Assembly (NCBI GenBank): GCA_009691805.1
Contig: SIAK01000002.1
Span: forward strand, 17,627 to 81,626
From: Phycisphaerales bacterium
GTDB lineage: Bacteria; Planctomycetota; Phycisphaerae; Phycisphaerales; SM1A02
Length of the DNA stretch: 64,000 nt
Direction of reading: 5' to 3'
Shown here: piece by piece, positions 1 through 9,237 of the stretch
Position numbering within the stretch: the stretch's first letter is position 1
Layout: each line of letters starts with the position of its first letter
Position numbers and translations under genes: made by a program
The notes under the pieces: generated by a model
What the model saw: the letters and a program-made list of their open reading frames with translations, nothing else
Database searches by the model: none
What the model was told of the DNA's origin: nothing

Positions 1-510
1 GCCGAGTTCCTTTCGAAGAATCGCATGGGTGCGATCATCGTGTTCGAGCGGCAGATCGGCATGGGTGACCTGGTGCAGAGCGGCGTGAAACTTGACGCAA
101 CGCCGAGTGCTGCGCTCATTCAAAGTATTTTCTGGCCGAGCAGTCCGCTCCATGACCTTGCGATGGTCGTCCGCAACGGTCGCGTTTGGGCGGCAAATGT
201 GCAGCTTCCCATCGTGGAAGAAAATGCGCTTCCTTCGACTTTGGGCGCTCGCCATCGCGCTGCAATCGGCGCAACGCTCGATGCAGACTGCCTCGTGCTT
301 GTGGTGAGTGAAGAAACTGGCTTCATTCGTTTTGCGGAGGGCGGGCAATTGAGCGAACCGATCGCGCGAGACCGCGTTGAAGCGGAACTCGCGGAGCGAC
401 TCACGCAGAGCAGCGCGATTGTCAATGACATGTTGGAGACGGCGAAGGCAGCGACGCAATCGGCAACGACGACCACGCGTGTGCAACGGCGAAGCGAGGG
501 CGCACGATGA
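1..510 (+). CDS. cdaA: diadenylate cyclase CdaA, C-terminal part (5' end outside window)
   Basis: Frame 1 is open from base 1. The translation AEFLSKNRMGAIIVFERQ...SSPLHDLAMVV...LGARHRAAIGATLDADCLVLVVSEETG matches the DAC-domain core of CdaA/DisA_N proteins (GALIVxER, PLHDGA-like, GTRHRAA, VVSEETG). There is a 4-bp ATGA overlap with the next ORF. Confidence 0.85.
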   Translation, partial: AEFLSKNRMGAIIVFERQIGMGDLVQSGVKLDATPSAALIQSIFWPSSPLHDLAMVVRNGRVWAANVQLPIVEENALPSTLGARHRAAIGATLDADCLVLVVSEETGFIRFAEGGQLSEPIARDRVEAELAERLTQSSAIVNDMLETAKAATQSATTTTRVQRRSEGAR

Positions 511-938
511 GTGTGTGGCGAACCGACAAGACGCGGACATGGCGACAACGCTTCATCGATCTCGCGGCGGTGACGGCGGTCACCGCGCTCGTGTGGCTGT
601 GGGCATCAAATCAAACTTTGCAATCACGCTCGGTGTCCTTCGATGTGATTGTTGAATCCAACGATCCATCGCGGCTCACGGTGACGAACTCGGGACCGCA
701 TCGCGTCGTGGCGCAACTCGTGGGCTCGCGACAATCGGTACTCAACGCCTTTGAAGTGCTGAATGGACGAGCAATTCGTTTCGTCACAGGCGCGGACGGC
801 GTGCCTGCGAGTGCTGGTGATCACAACCTTCCCGTGCTCGACATTCTCAGCGCATCACCAGTACTCGCGCCACTCGGCGTCGACCTCTCGAATCTGAGTC
901 CATCGTCGATTCGCATCGGGGTTCGCGAAGCGGAGTAG
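507..938 (+). CDS. YbbR/CdaR-like protein, short single-domain form
   Basis: The start is coupled to cdaA by an ATGA overlap. An N-terminal TM helix (FIDLAAVTAVTALVWLWA) is followed by a ~100-aa extracytoplasmic segment. The position matches ybbR/cdaR downstream of cdaA. The call rests mainly on synteny. Confidence 0.5.
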   Translation: MSVWRTDKTRTWRQRFIDLAAVTAVTALVWLWASNQTLQSRSVSFDVIVESNDPSRLTVTNSGPHRVVAQLVGSRQSVLNAFEVLNGRAIRFVTGADGVPASAGDHNLPVLDILSASPVLAPLGVDLSNLSPSSIRIGVREAE

Positions 939-965
939 GGTTGGATCTCAACGGATGCAAGCGTC

Positions 966-2237
966 CTACGCCAAGCGAACAGCGTGATACGCCTTCTTGC
1001 CGCGGCGCAACAAGAGAACTCCGCCTGCGAGCAGATGCGAAGACGTGATGATCGTCTCGAGCGTGACCTTCTCGCCATTGACGCTCACTGCGCCATTCTG
1101 CACGAATTCTCGTGCTTCGCGCTTACTCGCAGCAATGGAAGTTCCGGTGATGAGATCCACAATCGCGATGCCGGCGCCGAGCGCGTCCGCACACACGTTG
1201 CTCGAGGGAAGATCCGACGCGATGTCGGCGATCTGCGCGGCGTCGAGACTCTTCACGTCGCCCGAGAAAATTGCTTCGCTCGTCGCGCGCGCACGCGCCA
1301 GTTCCGTTTCGCCATGCGTGAGACGTGTCATCTCTGCAGCAAGCGCGCGCTGCGCTTCACGCTTGCTCGCATCGGTCGCGGTCGCATGCGCGAGCACGGC
1401 AATTGCATCCGCGTCGAGAAAGGTAAACCAGTGCAAGAACTTCACCGCGTCCGCATCGACGGTGTTCAGCCAATACTGATAGAAGCGATACGGGCTCGTG
1501 CGATCGGCAGTGAGCCAGATCGCGCCCTTCTCTGTCTTGCCGATCTTCTGGCCATCACTCGTTGTCACGAGTGGACAGGTCGCGCCGAAACTCTCGCCCT
1601 GCTCAACGCGTCGAATGAGATCGATGCCACTGACAATATTGCCGAACTGATCGCTTCCGCCAAGTTGGATGGAGCACGCATCGGCGCGATAGAGATGCAG
1701 GAAGTCGTACGCCTGCAAGATCATGTAGCTGAACTCCGTGTAGCTAATCCCCTGCTCACGACCACCAAGTCGCGACGCGACGGAGTCACGCGCGATCATC
1801 TGATTCACGGAGAAATGCTTGCCGATATCGCGCAGCATGTCGAGAAATCGCATCTCGCCAAGCCAATCGACGTTGTTGCGCATGATCGCCGCGCGCGGAC
1901 CGGAGAAATCAAGGAAGCGCTCGAAGATCGCCTTCTGTCGCGATACGTTGTGCTCGACAAGTTCGCGCGAAAGCAGCTGACGTTCGGCACTCTTGCCGCT
2001 TGGATCACCGATGAGACCCGTGCCACCACCCGAAACAACGATCGGTCGATGACCACTTCGTTGGAAGTGCGCGAGCAACTTGATGCCCATGAAATTACCG
2101 ATGGTCAAACTGTCGGCGGTTGGATCAAATCCTGCGTAACCCGATCGCTGACCACTCGCAAGATGCGCAGCAAGCTGCGGCGACGTGGACTGATGGAGCA
2201 ATCCACGCCATTGAAGTTCATCGAGAAAAGCGAGCAT
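966..2237 (-). CDS. tyrS: tyrosine--tRNA ligase
   Basis: MLAFLDELQWRGLLHQ...GYAGFDPTADSLTIGN (HIGH-region equivalent)...VVSGGGTGLIGDPSGK...KIGKTEKG (KMSKS-like), with a C-terminal S4 domain (VQNGAVSVNGEKV). The start was trimmed to the ATG at 2237 inside the longer ORF 966..2321. Confidence 0.93.
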   Translation of the reverse strand: MLAFLDELQWRGLLHQSTSPQLAAHLASGQRSGYAGFDPTADSLTIGNFMGIKLLAHFQRSGHRPIVVSGGGTGLIGDPSGKSAERQLLSRELVEHNVSRQKAIFERFLDFSGPRAAIMRNNVDWLGEMRFLDMLRDIGKHFSVNQMIARDSVASRLGGREQGISYTEFSYMILQAYDFLHLYRADACSIQLGGSDQFGNIVSGIDLIRRVEQGESFGATCPLVTTSDGQKIGKTEKGAIWLTADRTSPYRFYQYWLNTVDADAVKFLHWFTFLDADAIAVLAHATATDASKREAQRALAAEMTRLTHGETELARARATSEAIFSGDVKSLDAAQIADIASDLPSSNVCADALGAGIAIVDLITGTSIAASKREAREFVQNGAVSVNGEKVTLETIITSSHLLAGGVLLLRRGKKAYHAVRLA

Positions 2238-2269
2238 CGGCGGGTCCTGTTTGTGAAGGGCGTTCGCGC

Positions 2270-3346
2270 TCAACGTACGGCGTGCATCTTCTCGCCAATC
2301 TTGGCGATGAGATCGTTCCAACTCTTGTTGAAGGAGTCACGACCCTCGATTTGCAATTCGTCAGCGACCTTGCCGAGATCTACGCCAGCCTTCGTTGCTG
2401 CGTTGAGCACCGCTTCCGCAGCGACGCCGTCGGTGGGCATCGCGCCACGCGGACTTCCTCCGCTCGCAAGCGCGAGCAAAGTTTCCTCAGGCATGGTGTT
2501 AACGGAATCTGGACCGCCGAGGACATCTACATACAAGCACTTCGACAGTGCAGGATCCTTCGTGCCTGTGCTCGCCCAAAGTACGCGCTGCACTTTCGCG
2601 CCCTTCGCTGCAAGTGCCTTCCATCGTGGCGTTGCGGCGAAATCCAGCGATGACTTCAAGATGCGGCCTGCCATCGCGACACCGATCTTGTTCTGCAGGT
2701 CCGCAGGAAGTGCCTTGCTCGTCGCGCGATCCCATCGCGAGATGAACACGCTTGCAACGCTTGACACAAATGCAGGAAGACCAGCGGCAACGCGACGCTC
2801 GATGCCGCGCGTGTACGCCTCGGCTGCGGCGAGGTAATGCTCGCGCGAAAAGAGCAGCGTGACATTGATCGGAATGCCACGGAAAATGAGTTCTTCGATC
2901 GCAGGACAACCTTCCGGCGTGCCTGGAACTTTGATGTAGAGATTGCGACGATTGGCGCGCGCGTGCAATGCAATCGCCTGCTCGATGGTTGCCTTCGTAT
3001 CGTTCGCAAGAAGCGGTGAAACTTCCAGCGAGACGAATCCATCGACGCCGCCGGACGCTGCGTGGATCGGACCAAAGTGATCCGCGGCGCGACGAAGATC
3101 GTCCATCGCGCACTCGAAGAATGTTGCTTCGACGCCGAGGTTCTTCGCCGCAAGCTCGCGCACTTGTGGGTCGTACGCGCTTCCTCCTGCGATTGCCTTT
3201 TCAAAGATCGTTGGATTCGATGTCAGCCCTGTCACGTTCAACTCGGCGATGTACTGCGCGAGCGTGCCCGATTCGAGCAGCGTGCGCGTGATGTTGTCGA
3301 GCCAGATGGATTGACCAGTTGCGGCGAGAACTGCGGTGGGAGTCAT
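2270..3346 (-). CDS. tal: transaldolase (long, type 2-like, 358 aa)
   Basis: MTPTAVLAATGQSIWLDNITR...LTSNPTIFEKAI...GFVSLEVSP...IKVPGTPEG...INVTLLFS are typical transaldolase motifs. The start was trimmed to the ATG at 3346. The gene is divergent from pgi. Confidence 0.9.
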   Translation of the reverse strand: MTPTAVLAATGQSIWLDNITRTLLESGTLAQYIAELNVTGLTSNPTIFEKAIAGGSAYDPQVRELAAKNLGVEATFFECAMDDLRRAADHFGPIHAASGGVDGFVSLEVSPLLANDTKATIEQAIALHARANRRNLYIKVPGTPEGCPAIEELIFRGIPINVTLLFSREHYLAAAEAYTRGIERRVAAGLPAFVSSVASVFISRWDRATSKALPADLQNKIGVAMAGRILKSSLDFAATPRWKALAAKGAKVQRVLWASTGTKDPALSKCLYVDVLGGPDSVNTMPEETLLALASGGSPRGAMPTDGVAAEAVLNAATKAGVDLGKVADELQIEGRDSFNKSWNDLIAKIGEKMHAVR

Positions 3347-3500
3347 GATGCGCGAACGGTAGCAGATCGCTTTCCTCCCTTGTGCGTAGGTCTTTACCAG
3401 AGTTTGGGAAATGCCGCTCCTCCCCTTGTCGAATTCCAACGTTCCTGCGACAGTTCCGCGCTCACTTGCAACACTCGCACGATTGCTGAAGGAACGACCT

Positions 3501-5246
3501 ATGCCCGCCGGGAAAACAAGAACGAATCCCATCGCGACCACGCGCAAGTCCGCATCCGCCAAGGTCGCGAAAGCTTCCGGAGTCGCATCGACCGCGCCGA
3601 AGATTCCAGCGTGGAATGGCTCGCCGATCAAGACAAAGGCGTGGAAGGCACTCGATCAACACGCGAAGGCTGCGCGCAAGTTTGAACTCCGCGCGCTCTT
3701 TGCGAAAGACGCGCGACGCGGAACGAAACTCACGGCGGAAGCGTTGGGCATTCGCTTGGATTATTCCAAGAATGTTCTCGATAGCGCAACGATGAAATTG
3801 CTCTTCGCTCTTGCGAAGGAACGCAACGTCGTTGCGAAGCGCGCGGCGATGTTCAAAGGCGAGAAGATCAACATGATGGAAGAGCGCGCGGTGCTCCATG
3901 TTGCCTTGCGCGCGCCTCGCGGCAGCGTGATCAAAGTCGATGGCAAGGATGTCGTCGCGGATGTGCATGCGGTGCTTGATCGCATGGGCGCATTCGCCAA
4001 GCAGATCCGCGCGCGCAAGTGGCTCGGATTCACCGGGAAACCGATCAAGAACATCGTGAACATCGGCATCGGCGGCAGCGACCTCGGTCCTGTGATGGCG
4101 TATGAGGCGCTCAAGAGTTTCAGCGATCGCGCACTCACGATGCGCTTTGTTTCCAATGTTGATGGCAATGATTTTTATGAAGCGACGCAAGATCTGAATC
4201 CTGAAGAGACGCTCTTCGTCGTGAGTTCGAAAACATTCACCACGCTCGAGACGATGACCAATGCGAAGACCGCGCGCGATTGGAGTCTTGCGACACTCAA
4301 AGATCCCAAGAGTGTTGCGCGCCACTTCGTCGCGGTTTCGACCAACGCGGAGAAGGTCACGGAGTTCGGCATCGACACTGCCAATATGTTCGGCTTCTGG
4401 GATTGGGTCGGCGGCCGATACTCGATGGATTCCGCCATCGGGCTGTCGACCATGATTGCCGTCGGGCCGCAACACTTTGCGGAGATGCTCGCTGGTTTCC
4501 ACGACATGGACGAGCACTTCCGCACCACGCCTCAAGAACACAATCTTCCGATGATCCTTGCGCTCGTCGGCATTTGGAATCGCAACTTCCGTGAGCACGC
4601 GACCGTTGCAGTGCTTCCGTACTGCCACTACCTCCATCGATTCAGCGCGTATCTGCAGCAACTCGAAATGGAATCCAACGGCAAGCAAACGCAGCTCGAT
4701 GGAAATCCAGTTGCGTGGGACACCTGTCCCGCAATCTGGGGCGAACCAGGAACGAACGGACAGCACGCGTTCTATCAAATGATTCATCAAGGCACTTCAC
4801 CTGTGCCATGCGATTTCATTCTGTTTGAAAAACCGCTGCATGACCTTGGCGCGCATCAGGACATGCTCACCGCGAATGTCCTCGCGCAAACCGAGGCTCT
4901 CGCGTTCGGAAAGACGCGCAGTGAAGTGCTCGCCGAAGGAGTGCCGAGTTGGCTCGCTCCACACAAGACATTCCCCGGCAATCGACCGACGAACTTGATG
5001 CTCTGCGCGGCGCTCTCACCACGCGCGCTTGGCCGACTCATCGCGCTCTATGAACACAAGGTGTTCGTGCAAGGCGCGATTTGGAATGTGAACTCGTTCG
5101 ATCAATGGGGCGTCGAACTCGGCAAGGTGCTCGCAAATCGCATCATTCCAGAGGTTTCCGCGACAGCGGCGCCGAAGCTCGCGCACGACAGTTCGACGAA
5201 CGCTGCAATTGGGCACTATCGAAAGTCGCGCGGTCGCGCGAATTGA
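3501..5246 (+). CDS. pgi: glucose-6-phosphate isomerase
   Basis: RLDYSKN...[21 protein letters not shown]...[13 protein letters not shown]...[15 protein letters not shown]...[11 protein letters not shown]...LEMESNGK...[15 protein letters not shown] are PGI signatures. The ATG at 3501 is preceded by a GAAGGA SD-like motif. Confidence 0.93.
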   Translation: MPAGKTRTNPIATTRKSASAKVAKASGVASTAPKIPAWNGSPIKTKAWKALDQHAKAARKFELRALFAKDARRGTKLTAEALGIRLDYSKNVLDSATMKLLFALAKERNVVAKRAAMFKGEKINMMEERAVLHVALRAPRGSVIKVDGKDVVADVHAVLDRMGAFAKQIRARKWLGFTGKPIKNIVNIGIGGSDLGPVMAYEALKSFSDRALTMRFVSNVDGNDFYEATQDLNPEETLFVVSSKTFTTLETMTNAKTARDWSLATLKDPKSVARHFVAVSTNAEKVTEFGIDTANMFGFWDWVGGRYSMDSAIGLSTMIAVGPQHFAEMLAGFHDMDEHFRTTPQEHNLPMILALVGIWNRNFREHATVAVLPYCHYLHRFSAYLQQLEMESNGKQTQLDGNPVAWDTCPAIWGEPGTNGQHAFYQMIHQGTSPVPCDFILFEKPLHDLGAHQDMLTANVLAQTEALAFGKTRSEVLAEGVPSWLAPHKTFPGNRPTNLMLCAALSPRALGRLIALYEHKVFVQGAIWNVNSFDQWGVELGKVLANRIIPEVSATAAPKLAHDSSTNAAIGHYRKSRGRAN

Positions 5247-5306
5247 TCGAATCGAAAGATGATCATCGCTTGAGCATCGCTTGATCATCGCTTGAGCAAG
5301 CGTTAG

Positions 5307-6629
5307 TCAAGGCACAACGTGCGGAACAGGCGCTGCGCGCGGAGCGCTCGGCGCGCGCGTCGCTTGCATGTGACGATGGGCGAGCACTGCTTGTTGCCGA
5401 GCGTTCATCGCCGCCTGCTCATCCATTTCTCGTTGTTGCCACTCAGGAAGCGCGCTGCCTTCGAATCCTTCGTACGGAGGACGCGACGCGTCGCCTGCAT
5501 GGAGCGCCATCAAGTTCGCGTACGCGAGACCTTGGTAGTCACTCAGACTTGCTTCTTGCGCAGTGAATGCTTGCACGCGAGGCGCAGGAGCCACATGCGT
5601 TGCTGGAACAGCTCGCGTTGCATGTTCTGCGGCAGCGACTCGCACTGCTGGAGTTGCGCGTTGAATGAGTTGCAGCGGCGCAGCTATGGTTGGAACCTGC
5701 CCGGTGATGGTGGGTGCATAGATCGCAAGCGAACTCGATTGTTGCAGCGCGAGTGCGGCGCTCGGGCTGCTCACGGAGCGATACGGTCGACCTGCGGTTG
5801 AATGACCTTGCGCTGCGATGATTGCATCAAGCGCGCGCGGCGTGGACGGACTCGATCCAAGAATCGGGCAGACCTGCACAAGATTGACATTGCGAGCACC
5901 CGCGATGCGTGTGGTCGCAGAAGGAAGTTTGTTCCATGAATTGAATGCATCCGCGGGAAGCCACGCATCGTGCGCGACGGATCGAACACTTGACGAGAGA
6001 AGGTCGGCTTGTGCGACAAACACCCAACTGAAATCAGGTGGATTCGCGCCGCTCAGATTTGCGTCCGCTGGAGCGAGTTCGCACACCTCTGCAGTTGCTC
6101 CGACAGGCGGCATCGCGGCCCAACCAACAATGCCTGGTCGGTATCGCCACACAACCCACGACGGAGCCCACTCGGTTCCTGGTTGCCAGTTCCATCCGAG
6201 TGCGGAGTCGTAGAACCAACGACCGTAGTGATACGTCGCCCAGCCGAATGGTTCGATGGAGGCCCAGCAAAGCGATCCGTCTTGCGCGACTTTCCATTCG
6301 CCGAGCAGATAGGGCTCCCACCAAGGCGCGAGCTGCCGTGGCTGCCAGACCCAACCGAAAGTTGGGTGCGCGCGCCACGTTCCCCAATTCGAAAGTTGGC
6401 GCATGAAATCGAGCATCGAAAGCGTGCGCGTGCCGCCAAGCATGCCGTACTGCTCTTGATGTGCAACGCCTGAGACTGTCGACGCCGAAGCAGCCGATTG
6501 CGCCGGCGCATCGTTCGGCGCATGTGCGCTGATCGGCGCGAGGACGATCAACGGCGTCGCAAGTAGCAGAAAAAGCGCCACGCAACGACACGCGGGGAAA
6601 ATTGCACAAATGCGGCTCAAGGATTGCAT
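5307..6629 (-). CDS. secreted protein with W/G-rich YGxW repeats (DUF6600-like), function unknown
   Basis: It has an N-terminal signal peptide (CVALFLLLATPLIVLAPISAHA). The segment PFGWATYHYGRWFYDSALGWNWQPGTEWAPSWVVWRYRPGIVGWAAMPP resembles the conserved WxxGxW/YGRW core of the DUF6600 family. That family assignment is from memory. Confidence 0.55.
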   Translation of the reverse strand: MQSLSRICAIFPACRCVALFLLLATPLIVLAPISAHAPNDAPAQSAASASTVSGVAHQEQYGMLGGTRTLSMLDFMRQLSNWGTWRAHPTFGWVWQPRQLAPWWEPYLLGEWKVAQDGSLCWASIEPFGWATYHYGRWFYDSALGWNWQPGTEWAPSWVVWRYRPGIVGWAAMPPVGATAEVCELAPADANLSGANPPDFSWVFVAQADLLSSSVRSVAHDAWLPADAFNSWNKLPSATTRIAGARNVNLVQVCPILGSSPSTPRALDAIIAAQGHSTAGRPYRSVSSPSAALALQQSSSLAIYAPTITGQVPTIAAPLQLIQRATPAVRVAAAEHATRAVPATHVAPAPRVQAFTAQEASLSDYQGLAYANLMALHAGDASRPPYEGFEGSALPEWQQREMDEQAAMNARQQAVLAHRHMQATRAPSAPRAAPVPHVVP

Positions 6630-6694
6630 GCGGAGATCTTAACCCGTCTCGGGTACCCCAAAGATTGCGCGCATCAACGACAATGTTGCGGCGC

Positions 6695-6980
6695 TTAGGC
6701 GGGCGCCGCGCTTGACGATCGGCGCAATTTGTGGATCGCGTCGATGATGATGCTCGCTGCTCGATCGAGCGCAAGACTGCTCGTCTTGCGAGAGCGGCTA
6801 AATCGCACAAAACCATGCGCGCGCTCCGGTGAAACTCCCATCGCGAGGAGAACGGGAGACGGATCGAGTGAGCCGGAGGAGCATGCAGCGCCCGCGGATG
6901 CACGCGGACGCACGCGGATGCGTAGACGCCGCGCTCGGAGAGCAAGAGCAGAATCACTTCTGCCTCAAACCGCTCCAACA
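6695..6980 (-). pseudogene. frameshifted remnant copy of the 3' end of the adjacent cysteine desulfurase gene
   Basis: It aligns base-for-base with 7012..7278 at roughly 85-90% identity by eye, and has its own TAA at 6695-6697. A ~20-nt insertion at about 6899-6918 breaks the frame. The remnant peptide ...GAACSSGSLDPSPVLLAMGVSPERAHGFVRFSRSRKTSSLALDRAASIIIDAIHKLRRSSSAAPA parallels the intact C-terminus. Confidence 0.75.
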
Positions 6981-7011
6981 CTGCGCGCACACGCACCGAA
7001 ACTGAGCGCGC

Positions 7012-8211
7012 TTACGCGATTGCCGCGCTCGATGATCGGCGCAATTTGTGGATCGCGTCGATGATGACGCCCGCTGCTCGATCGAGTTCGAGAGTACTGG
7101 TCTCGCGAGAGAGGCTGAATCGCACAGAACCGTGCGCGCGCTCCGGTGAAACTCCCATCGCGAGGAGAACGGGAGACGGATCGAGTGAGCCGGAGGAGCA
7201 CGCGGCGCCCGCGGACGCGTAGACGCCGCGCTCGGACAGCAGAAGCAAAATCGCTTCCGCCTCGAGCCGTTCAAACGCAATGTTCGAAGTATTCCACAAG
7301 CGAGGGGCTGACGCTCCGTGAGCAGTCGATTGTGTTGCATCGCAGACGGTGCGTTCGAATGCGTCTCGTCGCGCGATGAGTCGGTCGAGTTCGCGACTCC
7401 CAAGAAACGCGCGAGCGAACTCTGCGGCAACGCCAAACCCAGCGATCCCTGGGACATTCTCTGTGCCACCACGACGATCTCGTTCTTGCGGTCCGCCTGT
7501 TTGTTCGGGAGAGAGGTGCACACCGCGACGCAAGTAGAGTGCGCCTGTTCCCTTTGGACCGTGAAATTTGTGCGCCGCGAAAGATGCGAGATCAATCTGC
7601 ATCGACGCGAAATCGGTGGGCATCTTGCCGACCCACTGCGTTGCGTCGGTGTGAAATCGAACACCATGCGCGCGGCAAAGTGCACCAAGTTCTGCAACTG
7701 GAGAGACAACACCATTCTCATTGTTCGCCCACATGAGCGAGACAAGCGCGATCTCCGATGCGCGGGAAGCGAGGAGTGCAGCGAGCGCGGCAACAGAAGG
7801 CACGCCACAATCAGACCCTTCAAGCCAGACGACTTCAGCGAGCCCGGCCCGCTCAAGAGACTCGGCAGTTTCGCGAACAGCACTGTGCTCAAAGCGAGTG
7901 GTCACGAGGACGCGGCGGCGATCATCAGCAGCAAGCGCTTGCGCAAGTGAGCCTCGGAGCGCGAGATTCGCGCCCTCTGTTCCACCCGAAGTAAAGATCA
8001 GTTCGCGCGGCTGGCAACCGACAAGCATCGCAATGGATTCGCGCGCAAGTTCGACGATGCGCCGCGCAGCAATCCCAACGCGATGGACACTTGACGGGTT
8101 CCCCCACTCTTCACGAAGCGCCCGAGCAACGGCATCGGCAACTTCAGGAAGCGGACGCGTCGTCGCGTTGTTGTCGAGGTTGATGGGGTTCACCGAGTGC
8201 GACATGAGCAA
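7012..8211 (-). CDS. cysteine desulfurase, NifS/IscS family (class V aminotransferase)
   Basis: INLDNNATTRPLPEV...WGNPSSVH..G......ARE.IA.LVGC.P.ELIFTSGGTEGANLA...FHTDATQ..GK...D......DL.SF.AHKFHGPKG.GALY...GGGQE...RGGTENV.GI.G...ASAGAACSSGS are PLP-dependent cysteine desulfurase motifs, including the catalytic Cys loop. Confidence 0.9.
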   Translation of the reverse strand: MLMSHSVNPINLDNNATTRPLPEVADAVARALREEWGNPSSVHRVGIAARRIVELARESIAMLVGCQPRELIFTSGGTEGANLALRGSLAQALAADDRRRVLVTTRFEHSAVRETAESLERAGLAEVVWLEGSDCGVPSVAALAALLASRASEIALVSLMWANNENGVVSPVAELGALCRAHGVRFHTDATQWVGKMPTDFASMQIDLASFAAHKFHGPKGTGALYLRRGVHLSPEQTGGPQERDRRGGTENVPGIAGFGVAAEFARAFLGSRELDRLIARRDAFERTVCDATQSTAHGASAPRLWNTSNIAFERLEAEAILLLLSERGVYASAGAACSSGSLDPSPVLLAMGVSPERAHGSVRFSLSRETSTLELDRAAGVIIDAIHKLRRSSSAAIA

Positions 8212-8450
8212 GCTCGAAGTCTAAGCGTGACTCCACGAGAGAGGCGAGCACATCGCGTTCACACATAGCGATACCTCGCGAAACATCACGAAAGGAAACG
8301 ATACCCCCTCCATCGAATGCGGCGTCGAACTGCCGCTCCAACGAGACAATCGAAGGTGCTCGCGCGAGCTTCAATCCACTTCTCCCTTCAGTTCTTCGCA
8401 TTTCTCTTGCGTTCCCGCTCACCGGCTTTCCTGCCTTCGTACTTCCCTGC

Positions 8451-8482
8451 TCTCATGCTCTCATGCTCTCATGCTCTCATGC
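8451..8482. repeat. tandem repeat, 4 x 8 bp (TCTCATGC)
   Basis: There are four perfect head-to-tail copies at 8451-8458, 8459-8466, 8467-8474 and 8475-8482. The last copy overlaps the 14-bp perfect palindrome GCTTTCCGGAAAGC (8481-8494). Confidence 0.95.
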
Positions 8483-8657
8483 TTTCCGGAAAGCAAGAAC
8501 TGAGGAATGAATGAGCGGAAGACAGAACGAGCAGAAGACCGAAGATGCGGGAATCAAATTCGCGCAGTGCACTCCGCAGCGACCAGTAGGCTGAAGTGAC
8601 TACGCGCACTGTGGACGCAACTCTGACCCATCCACAAACAACGACCTCAAACGCAAA

Positions 8658-8691
8658 GACCCGACGCCCGCGGGAAGCGATGCGTCGGGTC
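8658..8691 (-). terminator. putative intrinsic terminator downstream of tRNA-Leu
   Basis: A 10-bp perfect stem GACCCGACGC/GCGTCGGGTC (8658-8667 / 8682-8691) lies 6 nt after the tRNA 3' end. On the minus strand it is followed by TTTGCGTTTG. Confidence 0.45.
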
Positions 8692-8696
8692 AGTAT

Positions 8697-8780
8697 TGCG
8701 GCCGAGAGGAATTGAACCTCCACGGGTTTTACCCCACTAGAACCTGAATCTAGCGCGTCTGCCAATTTCGCCACGACCGC
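8697..8780 (-). tRNA. tRNA-Leu (anticodon CAG), class II with long variable arm
   Basis: The reverse complement reads GCGGTCGTGGCGAAATTGGCAGACGCGCTAGATTCAGGTTCTAGTGGGGTAAAACCCGTGGAGGTTCAATTCCTCTCGGCCGCA. The 7-bp acceptor stem GCGGTCG/CGGCCGC has one G-U pair. The anticodon stem CTAGA/TCTAG has loop TTCAGGT, giving anticodon CAG. The T-loop is GGTTCAATTCC. There is a long variable arm, discriminator A, and CCA is not encoded. Confidence 0.9.
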
Positions 8781-9027
8781 GGGGTCGGAAAGTATAGCGC
8801 GAGGTCCACGACGCTCGCCTACCCCAGATGCCTCGCGGCGCGGCCCAATGATCTGCAACAACGACGCAACTCTCGCGCCCGCGACGAACCACGCGACGAA
8901 CCACGCATCGAACATGCGAAGGTTGATCTGCCGTAACGATCACCACACGATTTGAGACAAAGAGCCTTCCGGCTGACTCATTCGACCACAGATCCAAACA
9001 CGAAGCACGACCCAACCACGATCTAGC

Positions 9028-9127
9028 CATGACTTCACCATGACTCGACCATGACTCGACCATGACTCGACCATGACTCGACCATGACTCGACCATGACT
9101 CGACCATGATTGAATCATGATTTGAAT
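9028..9127. repeat. tandem repeat array, 11-bp unit CATGACTCGAC (6 perfect plus 3 degenerate copies)
   Basis: Perfect units lie at 9039-9104. Degenerate flanking units are CATGACTTCAC (9028-9038), CATGATTGAAT (9105-9115) and CATGATTTGAAT (9116-9127). The array is intergenic, between the recA stop and tRNA-Leu. Confidence 0.95.
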
Positions 9128-9237
9128 CATGGCTCAGTCAAGCACCACCGCGCGCCTCCATGCGCGCGCATGTGTGCCTGCGACTTCTTGATCGCTGAAC
9201 GCTTTTCAGTCGCGCGCGAACGAGCCGAGCAACGTGC

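Noticed and set aside
984-2837. A 617-aa ORF on the + strand spanning the tyrS and transaldolase loci.
   Set aside because: It runs antisense to two genes with unmistakable homology. The product is Arg/Ala-rich with no recognisable motif. Long stop-free antisense frames are expected in GC-rich DNA.
6034-7892. Long minus-strand ORFs 6034..6996 (320 aa) and 6954..7892 (312 aa) crossing the desulfurase duplication.
   Set aside because: They are out-of-frame readings of the DUF6600-like gene, the pseudogene stump and the desulfurase gene. Their repeated segment (…PAHSIRLPFSSRWEFHRSAR…) simply reflects the DNA duplication.
9028-9127. Whether the tandem arrays (8451-8482, 9028-9127, 45488-45565) are CRISPR arrays.
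   Set aside because: The units are 8-13 bp and directly abutting, with no spacers. No cas genes are in the window. These are micro/minisatellite-type tandem repeats.
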